Source: the human T2T-CHM13v2.0 reference genome, Homo sapiens. From it: a stretch of DNA of 64,000 nt. The position numbers and the translations under genes were made by a program. Shown here piece after piece: positions 30,008-44,540 of this stretch (the stretch's first letter is position 1; the number at the start of each line of letters is the position of its first letter). The stretch lies in assembly GCF_009914755.1 (NCBI RefSeq), contig NC_060929.1. The stretch is one strand, 5' to 3'. The notes beneath the pieces were generated by a model. That model searched no databases, was not told the origin of the DNA, and saw only the letters and a list, made by a program, of their open reading frames with translations.

Positions 30008-31237
30008 TGAGGGATTTGAGCATCTCTGGATTTGGGTACCTATGAGGGATCCTGGAACCAATGCCCTGAAGATACCAAGGGACGACTGACTATACTGTTT
30101 CTACTCTTCCAACATTCACCTATGATCAGCCTTACCCTAGCGAAACCCCTGCACTCCCAAAACCTGACTGAGTGGGCCTCTCATGAACGCTGACACTGTC
30201 ATCCAGCACCCCTATGGGGTTTTATTTATGGTTGCTTTAAAAAGAAGCACTTTGAAAGCTTCGAAAGAAAGATGCTGAACAACCAGACCAGATTATGAAT
30301 TTTGTGTTCAAATGAGTTAATTTCCCTTAATAGGGGTCAAATCATTTTTATTTCCCTGCAACCTAAAGAAACTGTGCTGAGCTTTAATGTAGACACACTT
30401 TACCCACCTCACCCCCGGCCACAGGAAAGCTGACGTCATCAAGAGAACTGAGGGTGTTCGCAGCAAGGAACACGGAGTTACTCTGAAACATTCTCCAGAG
30501 CAAGAGTTCTTAACCTGGGCTACAGGAAATCTTCACAACCCTTAAATTACACGTGTGACTTCCCATCAATGCGCAGCTCTGTCCAAGTCCTTGGCTTTCA
30601 TCAGACTCTCAAAGGAGCCTCAGAAAGCCAGAATTTTGTCTCAGTTTCTCTCATCATTGATTTTAAGGGTTATCCCGCCTAGTTCTTCTTTCCTTGTTTT
30701 CAGTGAAACTGTGACCTGCTCCAAAAACACGCAGTCAGTGAAATTTAGTTCCCAAATATTTTATGATAATATAGCAGTGGGCTACATATAAAATAAATGG
30801 TAAAAGGTCCTATTCCTTGGTCTTACTCATAACTAAATAATTAACTTACTGGATTTCATTTTTGAGGTTTTTATTGAAAATATTTCTTCCTAAAACACAG
30901 TATCTTCTCTCTCCTTGTGAGATGTCAAAAAAAAAATTTGTATTGAAACAAATCAGTGAATTTGTCGTATTTCTTTCTTAACCTTTCTAACTGTAGAGGA
31001 ACATGGCATACAGAGGACTTATCTTTGAACACGTTTTTACTAAATAAATATTCATCGATTCACTCAGTACATTTTTATTGAGTCCTTTTTTCCAGGCACC
31101 AGTTTAGGTACAGGGGATTCCAAAGCAAACAAAAGAAAATCAATTGCTCCCAAGAAGCTTGCATTCCAGCAGGGAACACAGATTATAAACCATAAACTAG
31201 ACAGAACAGGAGGCGGGGAGCGGATAGTAATAAGCAC

Positions 31238-31671
31238 TGTATTAGTTTTCTGGCTTAAAGCGACAGAAATTTACTGTCTCATTGTTCTGGAGGACAGAAG
31301 TCCAAAATCAAAGTGTGGGCAGGGCCCCACTCCCTCTGAAGGCTTAGGGGAGAGTCCCTCCTTGCCCCTCCTACATTCCTGTGGCTGCCAGCAATCCCTG
31401 CCATTCCTTGGCTTTGTAGATCCATCACTGCAATTTCTGCCTTCACAGTCACATGGCAGCATTCTTCCTGTGTATCTGTCTCTGCGTCTAAATTTCCCTT
31501 GTGTTAAATGGACAGCAATCATTGGATTAGGGCCCACCCTAATCCAGTACAACCTCATCTTACCTTGATTACCTCTGCAAAGACATTCTTTCCAAATAAG
31601 GTCATATTCACATGCAATGGAGGTTAGGACTTTAACATATCTTTTGGGATATGTTAAATTTAACACATAAC
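31238..31671 (-). mobile_element. MLT1C-type LTR (within L2-like sequence)
   Basis: tgtattagttttc...ttctggaggacagaagtcc...ggattagggcccaccctaatccagt...ttccaaataaggtcatattc. Confidence 0.85.
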
Positions 31672-31991
31672 ATGTGTTTTGAAAACAAAATTAAGTGGCC
31701 ATATGGGAGACAGAGAGTGATGGGTGCTGGCATGTCCAGGAGGGCCTCTTGGAAAAGATGCCATTGAAGCAGAAACCAAAATGAAGTGAAGGAATGAGCC
31801 ATGGGGACATTTGGTGAAGGGGGTACAGGCAGAGACCCCGAGGCAGAGGTGCTGAGCCCCTGTGCCTATACTCCTGACTCTCAGAAACTACAAGATAATA
31901 AATGCTTGCTTTGTAAGCCATTATGTTTTACAGTAATTTGTTTGCGGCAATATAAAATGTATGCGATTACCCAATAGTGGCCTTGCCTGTT

Positions 31992-33030
31992 GTGTTAGTT
32001 TTCGGTTGCTGCATAACAAATTGCCATAAACTCAGCAGCTTAAAGCTTAACTCACAGTTTCTATAGGTCACAAGTCTATGCTCAGGGTCACACGAGGCTG
32101 AGATCTTGGTGCTGGCAGGGCTGTGCTCCTTGTTGGAGCTCAGAGGCCTCTTTCAAGCTTTTGTGGCTGTTGGTAGAATTCAGTTCCTTGCAGTTGTTGG
32201 ACATATGCCCCCTTTTCTTGCTTGTTGGCTGGGGGCCACTCATACCTCCTGGAGGCTGCCCACAGCTCCTGGCTGGGAGGACCCCTGCAAAGGCCTCTAA
32301 TTCTTCGAATTCCTTGGACATCGTCTATCTCTGATCTTTAGACCCAGAATCAAAGGACTCATGTGATTAGGTCAGGCCCACTCAGAATAATCCCCCTTTC
32401 GGCAAACTTGAAGTCAACTGATTAGTAACCTTAATTACAATTGGTGTGGACACAACAGTGACTCCATCTTGGACGCTAATCTGCCATGTTGAATTCTGAT
32501 TAGCCCTAGTCCTGTGAATGTCCCCTGATTTCTACTTTGTTTACTGTCCCTAGTGTAAGAACATGTCAACCTTGATGCTACTCCACAAATAATAGGCGTC
32601 ATAATAGGAAATGGTGCATACAGCATGCCTGCCGTTCTGTAGGGCTGCCTCCCACTGTCTCCCTGGAGCACATACCCCTTTCCCAGCGGTATAAGAGCCC
32701 TTGGTCTGTTGAGTAACAGAGTGGAGATCTACCTGTCCTGCAGCCACCCAAGACCATGCTTCTGTCTGTAAGTTCCCCAATAAATCAACCTTTACTGACA
32801 ATCTGGATTTGTGTGCCTCTTCTTTGGTTTTTTGGCTCCTTTGGTATTTGGGGGCCGCTTTGCCCTTTCACTGAACAAATGGCAAATTCCCTTATCTATA
32901 TAATGTAACATAATCATGAGAGTAATACCGCATCATATCCACGGACCTGCCTACACTTAAGGGAAGAGAATACAAAGCGTGTGCGCTGGGGGCAGGAATC
33001 TCGGGGCTGTCTTAGATTCTGCCTGCCGTG
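31992..33030 (-). mobile_element. MLT1E/F-type LTR interrupted by a solo LTR
   Basis: tgtgttagttttcggttgctgcataacaaatt...ggtagaattcagttccttgcagttg...tcttagattctgcctgcc. Confidence 0.75.
32445..32877 (+). mobile_element. Solo ERV LTR (LTR47/MER72-like)
   Basis: TG...CA termini, 5 bp TSD attgg/aatgg, gtgactccatcttggacgctaatctgccatgttg 5' motif, tataag and aataaa inside. Confidence 0.72.
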
Positions 33031-35501
33031 CTCCTCTTCCACTGTGGCGCTGTAACCAGCAGCATTCTGTGAACTCCACAAGGGCCCTGGATGTGCGTGG
33101 TGTGTGCCTGTCAACAACATGGGCGGGGCCACTTTGGCCAGATCAGAGACAGTGCCAGGGCCCACTGGCTCTGTGCCAGCCACCATGCTAGGGACCTCCT
33201 AGGTGCAATGTCATCTCATCCTCCCTTTGGTGCAGACACTGTTAACTTCTCTGTTATGCAGGTGAGAACACTAAGACTCACATGACTTAAACTACTTCTC
33301 TGAGATTCCAAATATAAAGTGGTAGAGCCAGGGTTTGAACCCAAAGTGTCAGAAAGTCAGGTTTCCAATCCTAGCTTTGTTATTTTCTACCTGTGTTACC
33401 CAACTCCTCTGGCCTCACTTTGCCCATCCCTATAGTAGGGTTAACAGAATATGTGACTTCGGATATTCTCAGGGGCTGTGGAAGGGGCTCTGTAAGCAAT
33501 GACGGCTGGATCTGCCTCATGGAAACAGTAAAGCGCCATAAGAGGCTGAGAGATAGCGGCTGTTGACATGACTTTGAAGCACTTTTATTTCTATTTACTG
33601 GAAGAGGTTGTTTTCAGGGCAACCCAAGGATTCAGAAAACAACGAAACCATGAAGTCATCTTGGGGCTCACAGAGCTCTGAGCAGGAGAAACAGGGACTG
33701 GGGTTTGGGGAAGGCATCAACTCATGCTATGGCAGAGGCAGAGAGGCTTGTCAGGCATGGATCTTCCCTGCCCCACTGGAGTCACAGAATCTTCTAGTTT
33801 TACCCATATTTATGCAGGGTGCTGAGTCACCAATGTAACCCAGCAATCCATCTTGACTGAAAACAAATGGCTTGTTTAAATGAAAAGCAGACAGCAGAAG
33901 CAGAACGTCCTCAAAAGAGTGTCTTTCATGTCTCCTTATTAGGCGCCAGTGGGTCTTTTAGACAGTTTGTACCCAAGGGGAGAAGTGGTTAATCACTGTG
34001 CATGTTGCCTAATCAGGAAGCAAAAACCTTGAAGGACACCCGAAGTTCGTGTTAGAAATGCAAAACAGCCTGAACCCTCTGCGAGTGAAAACATGTATGT
34101 GTGCAACTGTCAACGTACCCCTCCTTCCTTCCCGCTCTTCCCTGGAGAAGGTAGAATAGGGAGAGGAAAGCCTTGTTGAAATACAGCCCGAGTCATTTGC
34201 TTCACAGGCTGGGATTCTTTTGGATGCTGGTGCTAATGGGTGAAGTCTGCCACTCTGATGCTTGCGAGAGCCGTAGGAGGTAGGAGTGATTGACCCCATT
34301 TCACAGATGAGAAAATTGAGACTTAGACAAAACTAGACATGAGAAGGCAGGTGCCAGTTATCAGAGAGGCAGCCTCCTCCTAGGCCCTTCATGCCACCTG
34401 AGGGAGGTCCCAGGGTGTGGGAGGAGGGAGCATGGGATTCTAGCCTCGGAGAGAACAGGCAGGGAAGAGGCTGGGCCTGGGTGGGGCGGTCCTGCAGGGC
34501 CTCAATCAGTTGAGCCAGACAGTGCCTGCGGGCCCCCGACAGGCCTCCCTGAACCTCACTGGAGCATTAAAGATGAAAGCCCCTTCCGAGCTCTGTACAG
34601 GAGATTGATGTGTGAGATGGGAAGATGCCATCTTCACCAGGGCTTGGCCAGGAGAATCAGTGGGTTGCCAAGATGCCTGGAGGGTCAGGAGAATGCAGTG
34701 AGGGGTTGAGACACCTGGGAAGCAACCTAGGGTTATCCGGGACTAACTGGAACAACTGTTCCCCTGGGCTATGAGGAGTCCACGGCAGAGGAACTGGCCT
34801 CCAGACTCAAAACGATAGTGCCATTTCTTATACAACCTACATGTCACTTCTTCATTGCCCAGATTCTGCATATTTTCCTAGCTCTGTTCCCTTTTACTTG
34901 GAAGTTGTGCTTTCCATCCAGTATCCCCCACACCAGCACTGAGGCCCACAGTCCGGGAAACATCTGGGTGGGCTCCCCTGAAATGGGTCCCAGCTGGGCA
35001 GCAAACGTTTCCTGTGCCTGCCAACCCCTCCCTTCCTGTGTCCACAGAGAGAGTGTCTGGAGAAATCAAGTTAATGTTTTCAATTAATATTTGGGAAAAA
35101 TACCCGAGGCCAGTTGTTTTATCTTTGATGCCAGATATTCTTGGGTTTAAAGCAAAGTAGCCAGGAAAGACACTGATGGGCCTTTTGAGGGTACCAGAGC
35201 CTTCTGGGTACCCTCTTGCTTCAGAGAAGACTCTATGAGAAGACTTACCCCAGAGGATAAAGGCACAGAGATCCTGGCTCCAGAAAGGCATGCGGCACAG
35301 ACTCTGCCAGAATTTCTGGATTCGGGTGCCATACTGGGCTCCAAAATGCTGTCAGTGTGAGAAGAGGAGCTACTCCTAAAAACATTGAGTTTTCTTGTCA
35401 CCCTGGCTTCCTGGGCCATGTGAGGCCCAGGGAGACAGCCATGTGCCAGGGCAGCCATCTCAGTGGCCCAGGACCTTCATCAGGACACGAGGATCACCCT
35501 C

Positions 35502-35528
35502 ATGATGATGATGATGATGATGATGATG
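35502..35528. repeat. (ATG)9 microsatellite at a MIR tail
   Basis: Direct observation. Confidence 0.95.
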
Positions 35529-35529
35529 A

Positions 35530-35755
35530 CCGTGGTAATGACAACAGCCAACACTCACAGATACTTAACACCATCAGGCGCTTTATGTGCAGGATTTCCT
35601 AGAAAGCAAGTACCCTTATTCATACCCATTTTACAGCTGAAGAAATGGAGGTTCATAGGGGTAAAGCCCCCTGCCCCAAATCACACAGCTATGGAGGTCG
35701 GGAGCCAGGACCTGAACAGAGGCTCTCACTCCCACGCCTGTGCTCCTAACCACAG
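35530..35755 (-). mobile_element. MIR
   Basis: cccattttacagctgaagaaatggagg...tcacacagct. Confidence 0.75.
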
Positions 35756-36200
35756 CAACGAAAAAAACCCCGAGCTGCTGCCCTGATGTCCCTCCTGCCT
35801 CCTCTACTGGGCAGCTTCTCTTATCACCTGCCATGGAGATGCCGGCTCACCCATGCGCCACAGCGGCCGGTGAGGCTGCTCTCCCCTCCAGGTGTCTACA
35901 GCTCTTTAATACACCCCAGGAAGACACATGGCTCCTTCAGACCAGAGTACATGGGACCCGTTCCCAGGAAGTGGCCAGAGGGAGTCTGGGAAATGCCAGG
36001 ATGAGATGATACATGTTAGGGACAAGTGGAGAAATGTGAATTGGGGTTGAAATTCTGTAATATTAAGGATTCATGTTAATCTTAGGTGTGATAATGACGT
36101 TGTGGTTATGCAGGAAGGAAAAAAAAGCCCTAATCCTTGAGAGATGAACAACAAAATACTTGTAAGTGAAATATAAGGCGTCCGAATTTGCTTTAAAATA

Positions 36201-36541
36201 TAGTCATGCCTCTCGTAATGACAGGATGCATTCTGAGAAACATGTCCTTAGGCGATTGTGTCATTGTGTGAACATCATAGAGTGAATGAACTTACACAAA
36301 CCTAGATGGGGCGGCCTACTGCACACCCAGGCTGTGTGGCACAGCCCACTGCTCCTGGCTACAAACCTGTACAGCCTGTTACTGTGCTGAGTACCATAGG
36401 CAACTGAGATAAAACGGTAGGTATGTGTGTATCGAAACACAGAAAAGATACAGTAAAACGATGGTATTATAATTGTAGAGGTCCACAGGTCATATATGTG
36501 GCCCACTGTTGACCAACATGTTACTCTGTGGTGCATGATTG
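36201..36541 (-). mobile_element. Tigger3a, inserted in an old L1M 3' end (~36030-36640)
   Basis: tagtcatg...gcatgattg termini with TA flanks; reverse-complement homologue of 3777-4113. Confidence 0.85.
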
Positions 36542-37263
36542 TACTCCAGAAAAAAAAAAAAAAGAAAATTTTTTAAATAGGTGGAGGAGATAGATGAAGC
36601 CTGATCAGGAAGTTGATGATAATTGTTGAAGCTGGGGGAGGAATCCAAAGATTATTCTCCAAACCAAACCAAACTAAAACTCTGCCTCCCTCAGACAGGT
36701 CAGGTTCCAGACCCGGACTCTGGAGGTCCTAATCCTGCTGCCCTGGATCCACCGGTCACCTCGGAGTCTTCACGGTTTCCCTCCGCAGGAGCCAGAAGGA
36801 GTTCTCAAATAGTGAAATGCTGGTGCAGGGCCCAGTCTCCCAGAGCTCCTGAACCTGGTGCACCTCCCACCCGCAAGCCCATCCCAAGATCCCACTAACA
36901 CCATTGCAACCCAGTTTGAAAGCACCAGGCCTGTGAGCATTCTTTCATTATTAACAATTGAAAATGACCCCAGATATTTTTCAGCCTCCTGCTTTGCATG
37001 GCACGTCTCTGTGTTGTCTCATATGCAGTCAGCAGTGGTGTCTCCCTTATGCTGTGTTCAACAGCTCAAACCCAAAAGGAAACTTCACAGGGAAAATGAA
37101 CAAGGTAAGTCAAAATGTAATGGTCACGGATAATACCTACTCTAGGTATCTAGTCAACAAGGATGCAAAAAGCCTGCTTTTCACAGGTTGGACTGTGTGA
37201 ATCCATCTTTGTATAATATGTCAGGGATATCCACAGACATTCTTAACATCAACATTAAATGTG

Positions 37264-37567
<304 letters not shown>

Positions 37568-38193
37568 AAATGTGACTTACAAGCTTTCCCTCAGAGTTGT
37601 GAAGGAAAGAAAAAACAATGTGACCATAATAAAAATTACTTAATATAGATCAATGACCTAAACTTAAGAGTAAAAACTATAAAACTCTTAGAAGAAAACA
37701 TAGGGGAAAATTTTCATGACACTGGATTTGGCAAATAATTTCTTGGATATGACACACAGCAGAAGAAAAAACAGATAAGCTGAACATCATCAAAATTAAA
37801 AACTTTTGTGTATCAAAGGACACTACTGAGAGAGTATAAAGACAACCCAGAGAATTTGCAAGTCATATATCTGATAAGTGATTAATAACCAGAACATATA
37901 AAGAACTCTGACAACTCAATAACAAAAACAAAACAAAACAAAACAACCCAATTAAAAAATGGGCAAAGAGCTTAAATAGACATTTATACCTGGTCAAGGT
38001 ATACAAATGCCCAGTAAACACGTGAAAAGATGCTCAATATTATTAGCCATTAGGGAAACGTAAATCAAAACCACAAGATACCACTTCATACCCATTAGTA
38101 TAGCTATGATTAAAAAGAGGGAAAATGACAGCATGGATGAGAATTCGGGGAAGTTGGTGCATGACTGCTGGGCATTAAAAATGGTGCAGCTGC

Positions 38194-38443
38194 CACCTAT
38201 GTTCTCACTCATAGGTGGGAATTGAACAGTGAGAACACTTGGACACAGGATGGGGAACATCACACACCAGGCCTGTCATGGGGTCAGGGGAGGGGGGAGG
38301 GATAGCATTAGAAGATATACCTAATGTAAATGACGAGTTGATGGGTGCAGCACACCAACATGGCACATGTATACATATGTAACAAACCTGCGTGTTGTGT
38401 ACATGTACCCTAAAACTTAAAGTATAATTAAAAAAAAAAAAAA
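38194..38443 (+). mobile_element. 5'-truncated L1PA (about PA4-PA5) 3' end
   Basis: gttctcactcataggtgggaattgaac...acttaaagtataat plus poly-A; TSD ggtgcagctgc / ggcgcagctgc; G4 motif ggggtcaggggaggggggaggg at 38280-38301. Confidence 0.93.
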
Positions 38444-39019
38444 GGCGCAGCTGCTGTGGAAAACAATTTGGTAGTTTCTCAAAAAGTCAGACACAGAATT
38501 ACTATATGATCCAGAAATTCCACTCCTAGGTATATTCCCAAAAGACACAGATAGTTTTATACCAACGTTCACAGCAGCACTATTTACAACAGCCAAAAGG
38601 TTAACAACCCAAATATCCATCAACAGATGAATAACCAATTGTGGTGTATACATACAGTGGAATATTATTCAGCCTTAAATGGGAATGAAGTTCTGATACA
38701 TGCTACTAGATAGACAGATGAACCTTGAAGGTATTTTGCTAATGAGCTTTTGAAAGAAGCCAGACACAAAAGGACAGATATTTTATGATTTCTTTTATAT
38801 GCAGTATCTAGAGTAGGCAAACTCATATAGACAGAAAGTAGAACGGGGGCGGGGCAAAGAGGGGATTGGGGAATTATCGTTTAATGGGTATGGAGTTTCA
38901 GTTGGGGAAGATGAAGAAAAAGGTTCTGAGATGGATGGTGGTGATGGCTGAACAACAATGTGAATGCAGTTAATGCCACTGACCTGTACTTTTAAAAATG
39001 GTTACAATAGACTTAGGCT

Positions 39020-39598
<579 letters not shown>

Positions 39599-40346
39599 TT
39601 ATGCAGATATCTAGAGTTAAATATTTGCATGTAATTTCACACAGTTCTTCAAATGAGTCTCTTTTGAATTACTGGGGAGATAAGTATATGGAGAAGGCAT
39701 TAGATGCCACATAAAACTGAGGAATTAAAAAAAAAAATCTTGAATGGTAGGAATCTTGGTGCTAGAGGCATCCCCAGAAAGACACTGTCAGAATTCCGCT
39801 CCAAGAAACAAAAGACCTCCGGGAATCCACTCGCCCTCAAGACACAGCATTTCTAGATTCTCTCTGCTCACATCTTCCCCTTCTCCTGGCTTTCCAGCAC
39901 CCCAGCTGACTACAACTCAGAAGTGGGAAGGCACATGTGAAAAAATTATGAGTTCCAGTCTTTAAAAATTATTACAGTTTTAAATAATTACATAAAAATA
40001 TTTACGTTTCCCGAGTCAAACCTAAAAACCACAAGGCATGTTCAGAAAAGCTTCACTTCTATTCCTAGGCATGAAGCCCTCTCCCATACTTGTTTTCTTT
40101 CCTTTTCTTTGGATTTTATTTGGGTTTCTCCCTCCAGTATTAGGTTACGGGGCCCATCTCCAATGCGGCCATCTTTACCCACAAAGCACGTGGAGCCCGT
40201 GCAGCGGGGTTCCTCTTCAAAGAAAACTGTGATGCTGTCAGCAGGAAGTGCACAAAGAAAAGGGATGTACACACTCAGCAACGCGCACTTGCTTCCTTTC
40301 ACTACAGAGCACATTTTACTGGGTACCGGCTCTGTGCTAGGCAAGA

Positions 40347-40631
40347 TTTTTTTTTTTTCTTTGAGGCAGAGTTTCACTCTCATTGCCCAGGCTGGAGTGC
40401 AATGGCATGATCTCGGCTCTCTGCAACCTTCCAGGTTCAAGCGATTCTCCTGCCTCAGTCTTCTGAGTAGCTGGGATTATATGCCACCACATCTGCCTAA
40501 TTTTTGTATTTTTAGTAGAGATGGGGTTTCACCGTGTTGGCCAGGCTGGTCTTGAACTCGACCTCAGGTGATCCGCCTACCTCAGCCTCCCAAAGTGCTG
40601 GGATTACAGGTGTGAGCCACCACGCCCAACC
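40347..40631 (-). mobile_element. AluS
   Basis: TSD caagatttt on both flanks. Confidence 0.93.
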
Positions 40632-40949
40632 AAGATTTTCAAAAGAAGTTTGTTTTCATTTTTTCTGTTTTGGGGATTATTCTAATGTTAAATCTATTAA
40701 AAATTAAGCAAGGCACAATGCACCAAAGAAAATTAACAGCATTTTGTTGAAAGAACGAAGATTGGGTGTCCCTCAAGGATGGCTCCGAGGTCCCCTCTCA
40801 GAAGCCCTTCTTGATTTACCCCACAGAGTTAGCTGTCCCCTCATCCTAGGATCCTCATGCAAGAGACCACTAGCAGTGACCATGGGACATTATGACTGTT
40901 TATGTGACTAGTGTGTCTGGCTCCCGAAACTGTAAGAACAGTGAGGCCG

Positions 40950-41340
<391 letters not shown>

Positions 41341-41599
41341 TTAGATGTTAGGTTCTGGCCAAGGACCCCCAGTGCCTAGCAAAGTGGGCATCCAATAAAT
41401 GTGGGTTGAACAGACAAATAAATTTAGAGGACTTCGCTTATGGCTCTGGCAATCTTGACCTAAAAAATTAATGAAATGTGTAAAAATGTACTCCAAAAAT
41501 TCCAGCAATATGCTATTGGTTAGCTTATGCCTTTATTCCCCACCTCATTCCAACAATATGAAATTGGTGTAGTTTTGTTTGTAAAGAAATGTCAGGATA

Positions 41600-42209
<610 letters not shown>

Positions 42210-42609
42210 AGAAATGTCAGGATGAGTAAGCTGAGTACAGAGTAAAACTTGACATTAAGAAGAAAATCTGCCCCAGCTGAGTGGCCAGGGGAACCTCAGC
42301 TCCAGCTGTTCATTGTGTTGGGCAGCAGTGGTGGGAGGGGTGCCGGGGTGCTTTGCAGAAAAAAGAATCGCAGCTGCAAATACAAATTGCATATTCCTAG
42401 ACCTTTGAAAGATAACAAAGACTTCTGCCCTCAACTGATGATGTCCTGTGTTAAAATCACTTGGCTAGGTAGTTAAAACTGTTTGAAATGACCTGGTCAC
42501 TTTCTGATGTGGACGTGCAATACACATGTAAAGCTGGGTACCAGATTTGACTCTTGTAAACTTCAACCAGGTAGTTTTGAAAACACCCTAGAAGTGAACA
42601 ACCTTGAAT

Positions 42610-43435
42610 GTCCTGAAGATGTGGGAGTGTTCGACAAGATTCAGGCAGCTGCAGAATGAGGACGGTTGTCAGTGGGTGACGTGTTCAAGCTGCTCAGGCC
42701 CCTCACCGGGATGAGCAGAAAGGTCAGCATTTTCTTAGCCCAGGGAGGCTTAGTACTCTTGAGGCAAAGAAATCCTGCAGCATAAGTAAGATCCAGCGCA
42801 GAGAATACCCGAGGGTGAACCGTGATGAGAAGTCTCAGAGCGCACTGCGTAATTACCACGTGTAGAAAGCAAAACGTTGACAAGACACGGCCGTTAGCAA
42901 AAAGCCGAACGGTTACTACGCTCAACGAGAAAAGGAAACTGGGAGGGTTGAAAAAAAGAAACGAATAATTGGCAAATTCCAAGAGGCTCTTTCAGGAAGA
43001 GACAGTTGGGTGGTTTTGTGAAAGCAGAGGTGACTCTTGGACCACAAACATGAAGCCCACAGGGAGAGCCGGGTGAAAAAGGAAGGACAGAAGCTAAACA
43101 GCCAAAGAAAACCCAAAGCGTACTTCAGACATGCCAAGGCCAAGAGGCTCTGTATCTAAAAAGGAGCCCAAGTGAGTAGGACCAGTTGGAAGGCACACTT
43201 AAGAGTGTAAGCAAGACTCACAGGAACCTACTGTGTCTCGCCTTGGACTTCAAGCTGATGCTAAGATGGCGTTTCACACCCTGAGTGGGGAAACGAAGGA
43301 AACTGACGGGGGTGCTGAAATTAAACATCCCTCCTCTGGACCTCCAGGCTGCACCCCACCCTCGGCCACATCAATGGCACAGGACTTAAAACTGGACGCT
43401 CTCTATCCACTGGTAGCTCATGCATTCCAGAATCA
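42610..43435 (+). mobile_element. Probable ancient CR1/L3-type LINE ORF2 relic
   Basis: Colinear degenerate peptides across frameshifts: GRLSVGDVF (~VIMGDFN), KPKAYFRHAKAKR (~NPKAFFKYIRSKR), *ARLTGTYCVSPWT (~KAELLNxFFASVFT), SSGPPGCTP...YPLVAHAFQN (~SPGPDGIHP...PLxxIFQxS); compared by eye with recalled CR1 motifs. Confidence 0.5.
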
Positions 43436-43457
43436 ACCTACACAGATCATGCTCCTC

Positions 43458-43623
43458 CCTCAGTGCCTGAGAGTTCTGCACAGGACGCTCTCAGAATCTA
43501 GAGGCTCCAGGCTGGGGCCAGGTCCAAGTCCCAGTTGACACCTCAGTGCCTGAGAGTTCTGCACAGGACGCTCTCAGAATCTAGAGGCTCCAGGCTGGGG
43601 CCAGGTCCAAGTCCCAGTTGACA
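43458..43623. repeat. Perfect 2 x 83 bp tandem duplication
   Basis: 43458-43540 identical to 43541-43623. Confidence 0.98.
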
Positions 43624-43671
43624 CACTATCTCCAGCCCAGGCCAGGGCTTCCCTGGTAAATCAATCTCTGA

Positions 43672-43903
<232 letters not shown>

Positions 43904-44334
43904 TCAGCCTCAGTATTATTTTAAAGGAACTTAAAATGGTTAAACTTTAAAATGGGGTGAAATGAGGCAGTCCCCAGGATGGCCAGACATTTATGGGGCT
44001 GTAAGGTTCCCAATGTGATGCCTGTCCGGGGAATGACTCCGGAGAGTCCTGGGACCCAACTGCCACAGCGTCTCCTATCTCTCCTGGGAAAACTGGGAGG
44101 ATGGATAAGTGACAGTGGAGGCAGAGAAACTTCAGTTTAGCTGCTCAGCATTTTCCCTAACTCACTCATGATAACTACATACCCAGTTCCATCCTAACTC
44201 GGAACAGCCAGATCCCACTGAAAACCCTGGGTCACTGGAACAGGAAGACAAGAGCCACATTTGAAACTGCCTCTGCTCTAGGTCATCAGCTTTCTCTAAT
44301 TTGGTGTCCCTGCCCCATCAGCTCTGTGCAGAAG

Positions 44335-44540
44335 AGCACATTGTGGCTGGGGGTTAAGAACAAATAAGACAGTGCTGGCTGTGAGACCCTGGCTGGGTTA
44401 CTTAACCTCCTTGAAACTGCAGAACAAGGATATGAAGGCATGACTTCACTGGGCTACTGTGAGAATGATGAGAATAATGCATTAAGCCCACGGCAGGGTG
44501 CCTGGCACACACGGAGCACTCCGGGGAGCTATTGTTCTCA
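44335..44540 (+). mobile_element. MIR
   Basis: ggttaagaac...ttacttaacctc...gtgcctggcacacacggagcactc. Confidence 0.7.

Noticed and set aside
35357-35786. Poly-Asp and poly-Met ORFs
   Set aside because: Caused by the (ATG)9 microsatellite at a MIR tail
42985-43002. ggctctttcagg resembling a histone 3' stem-loop
   Set aside because: The stem does not close and there is no histone ORF upstream
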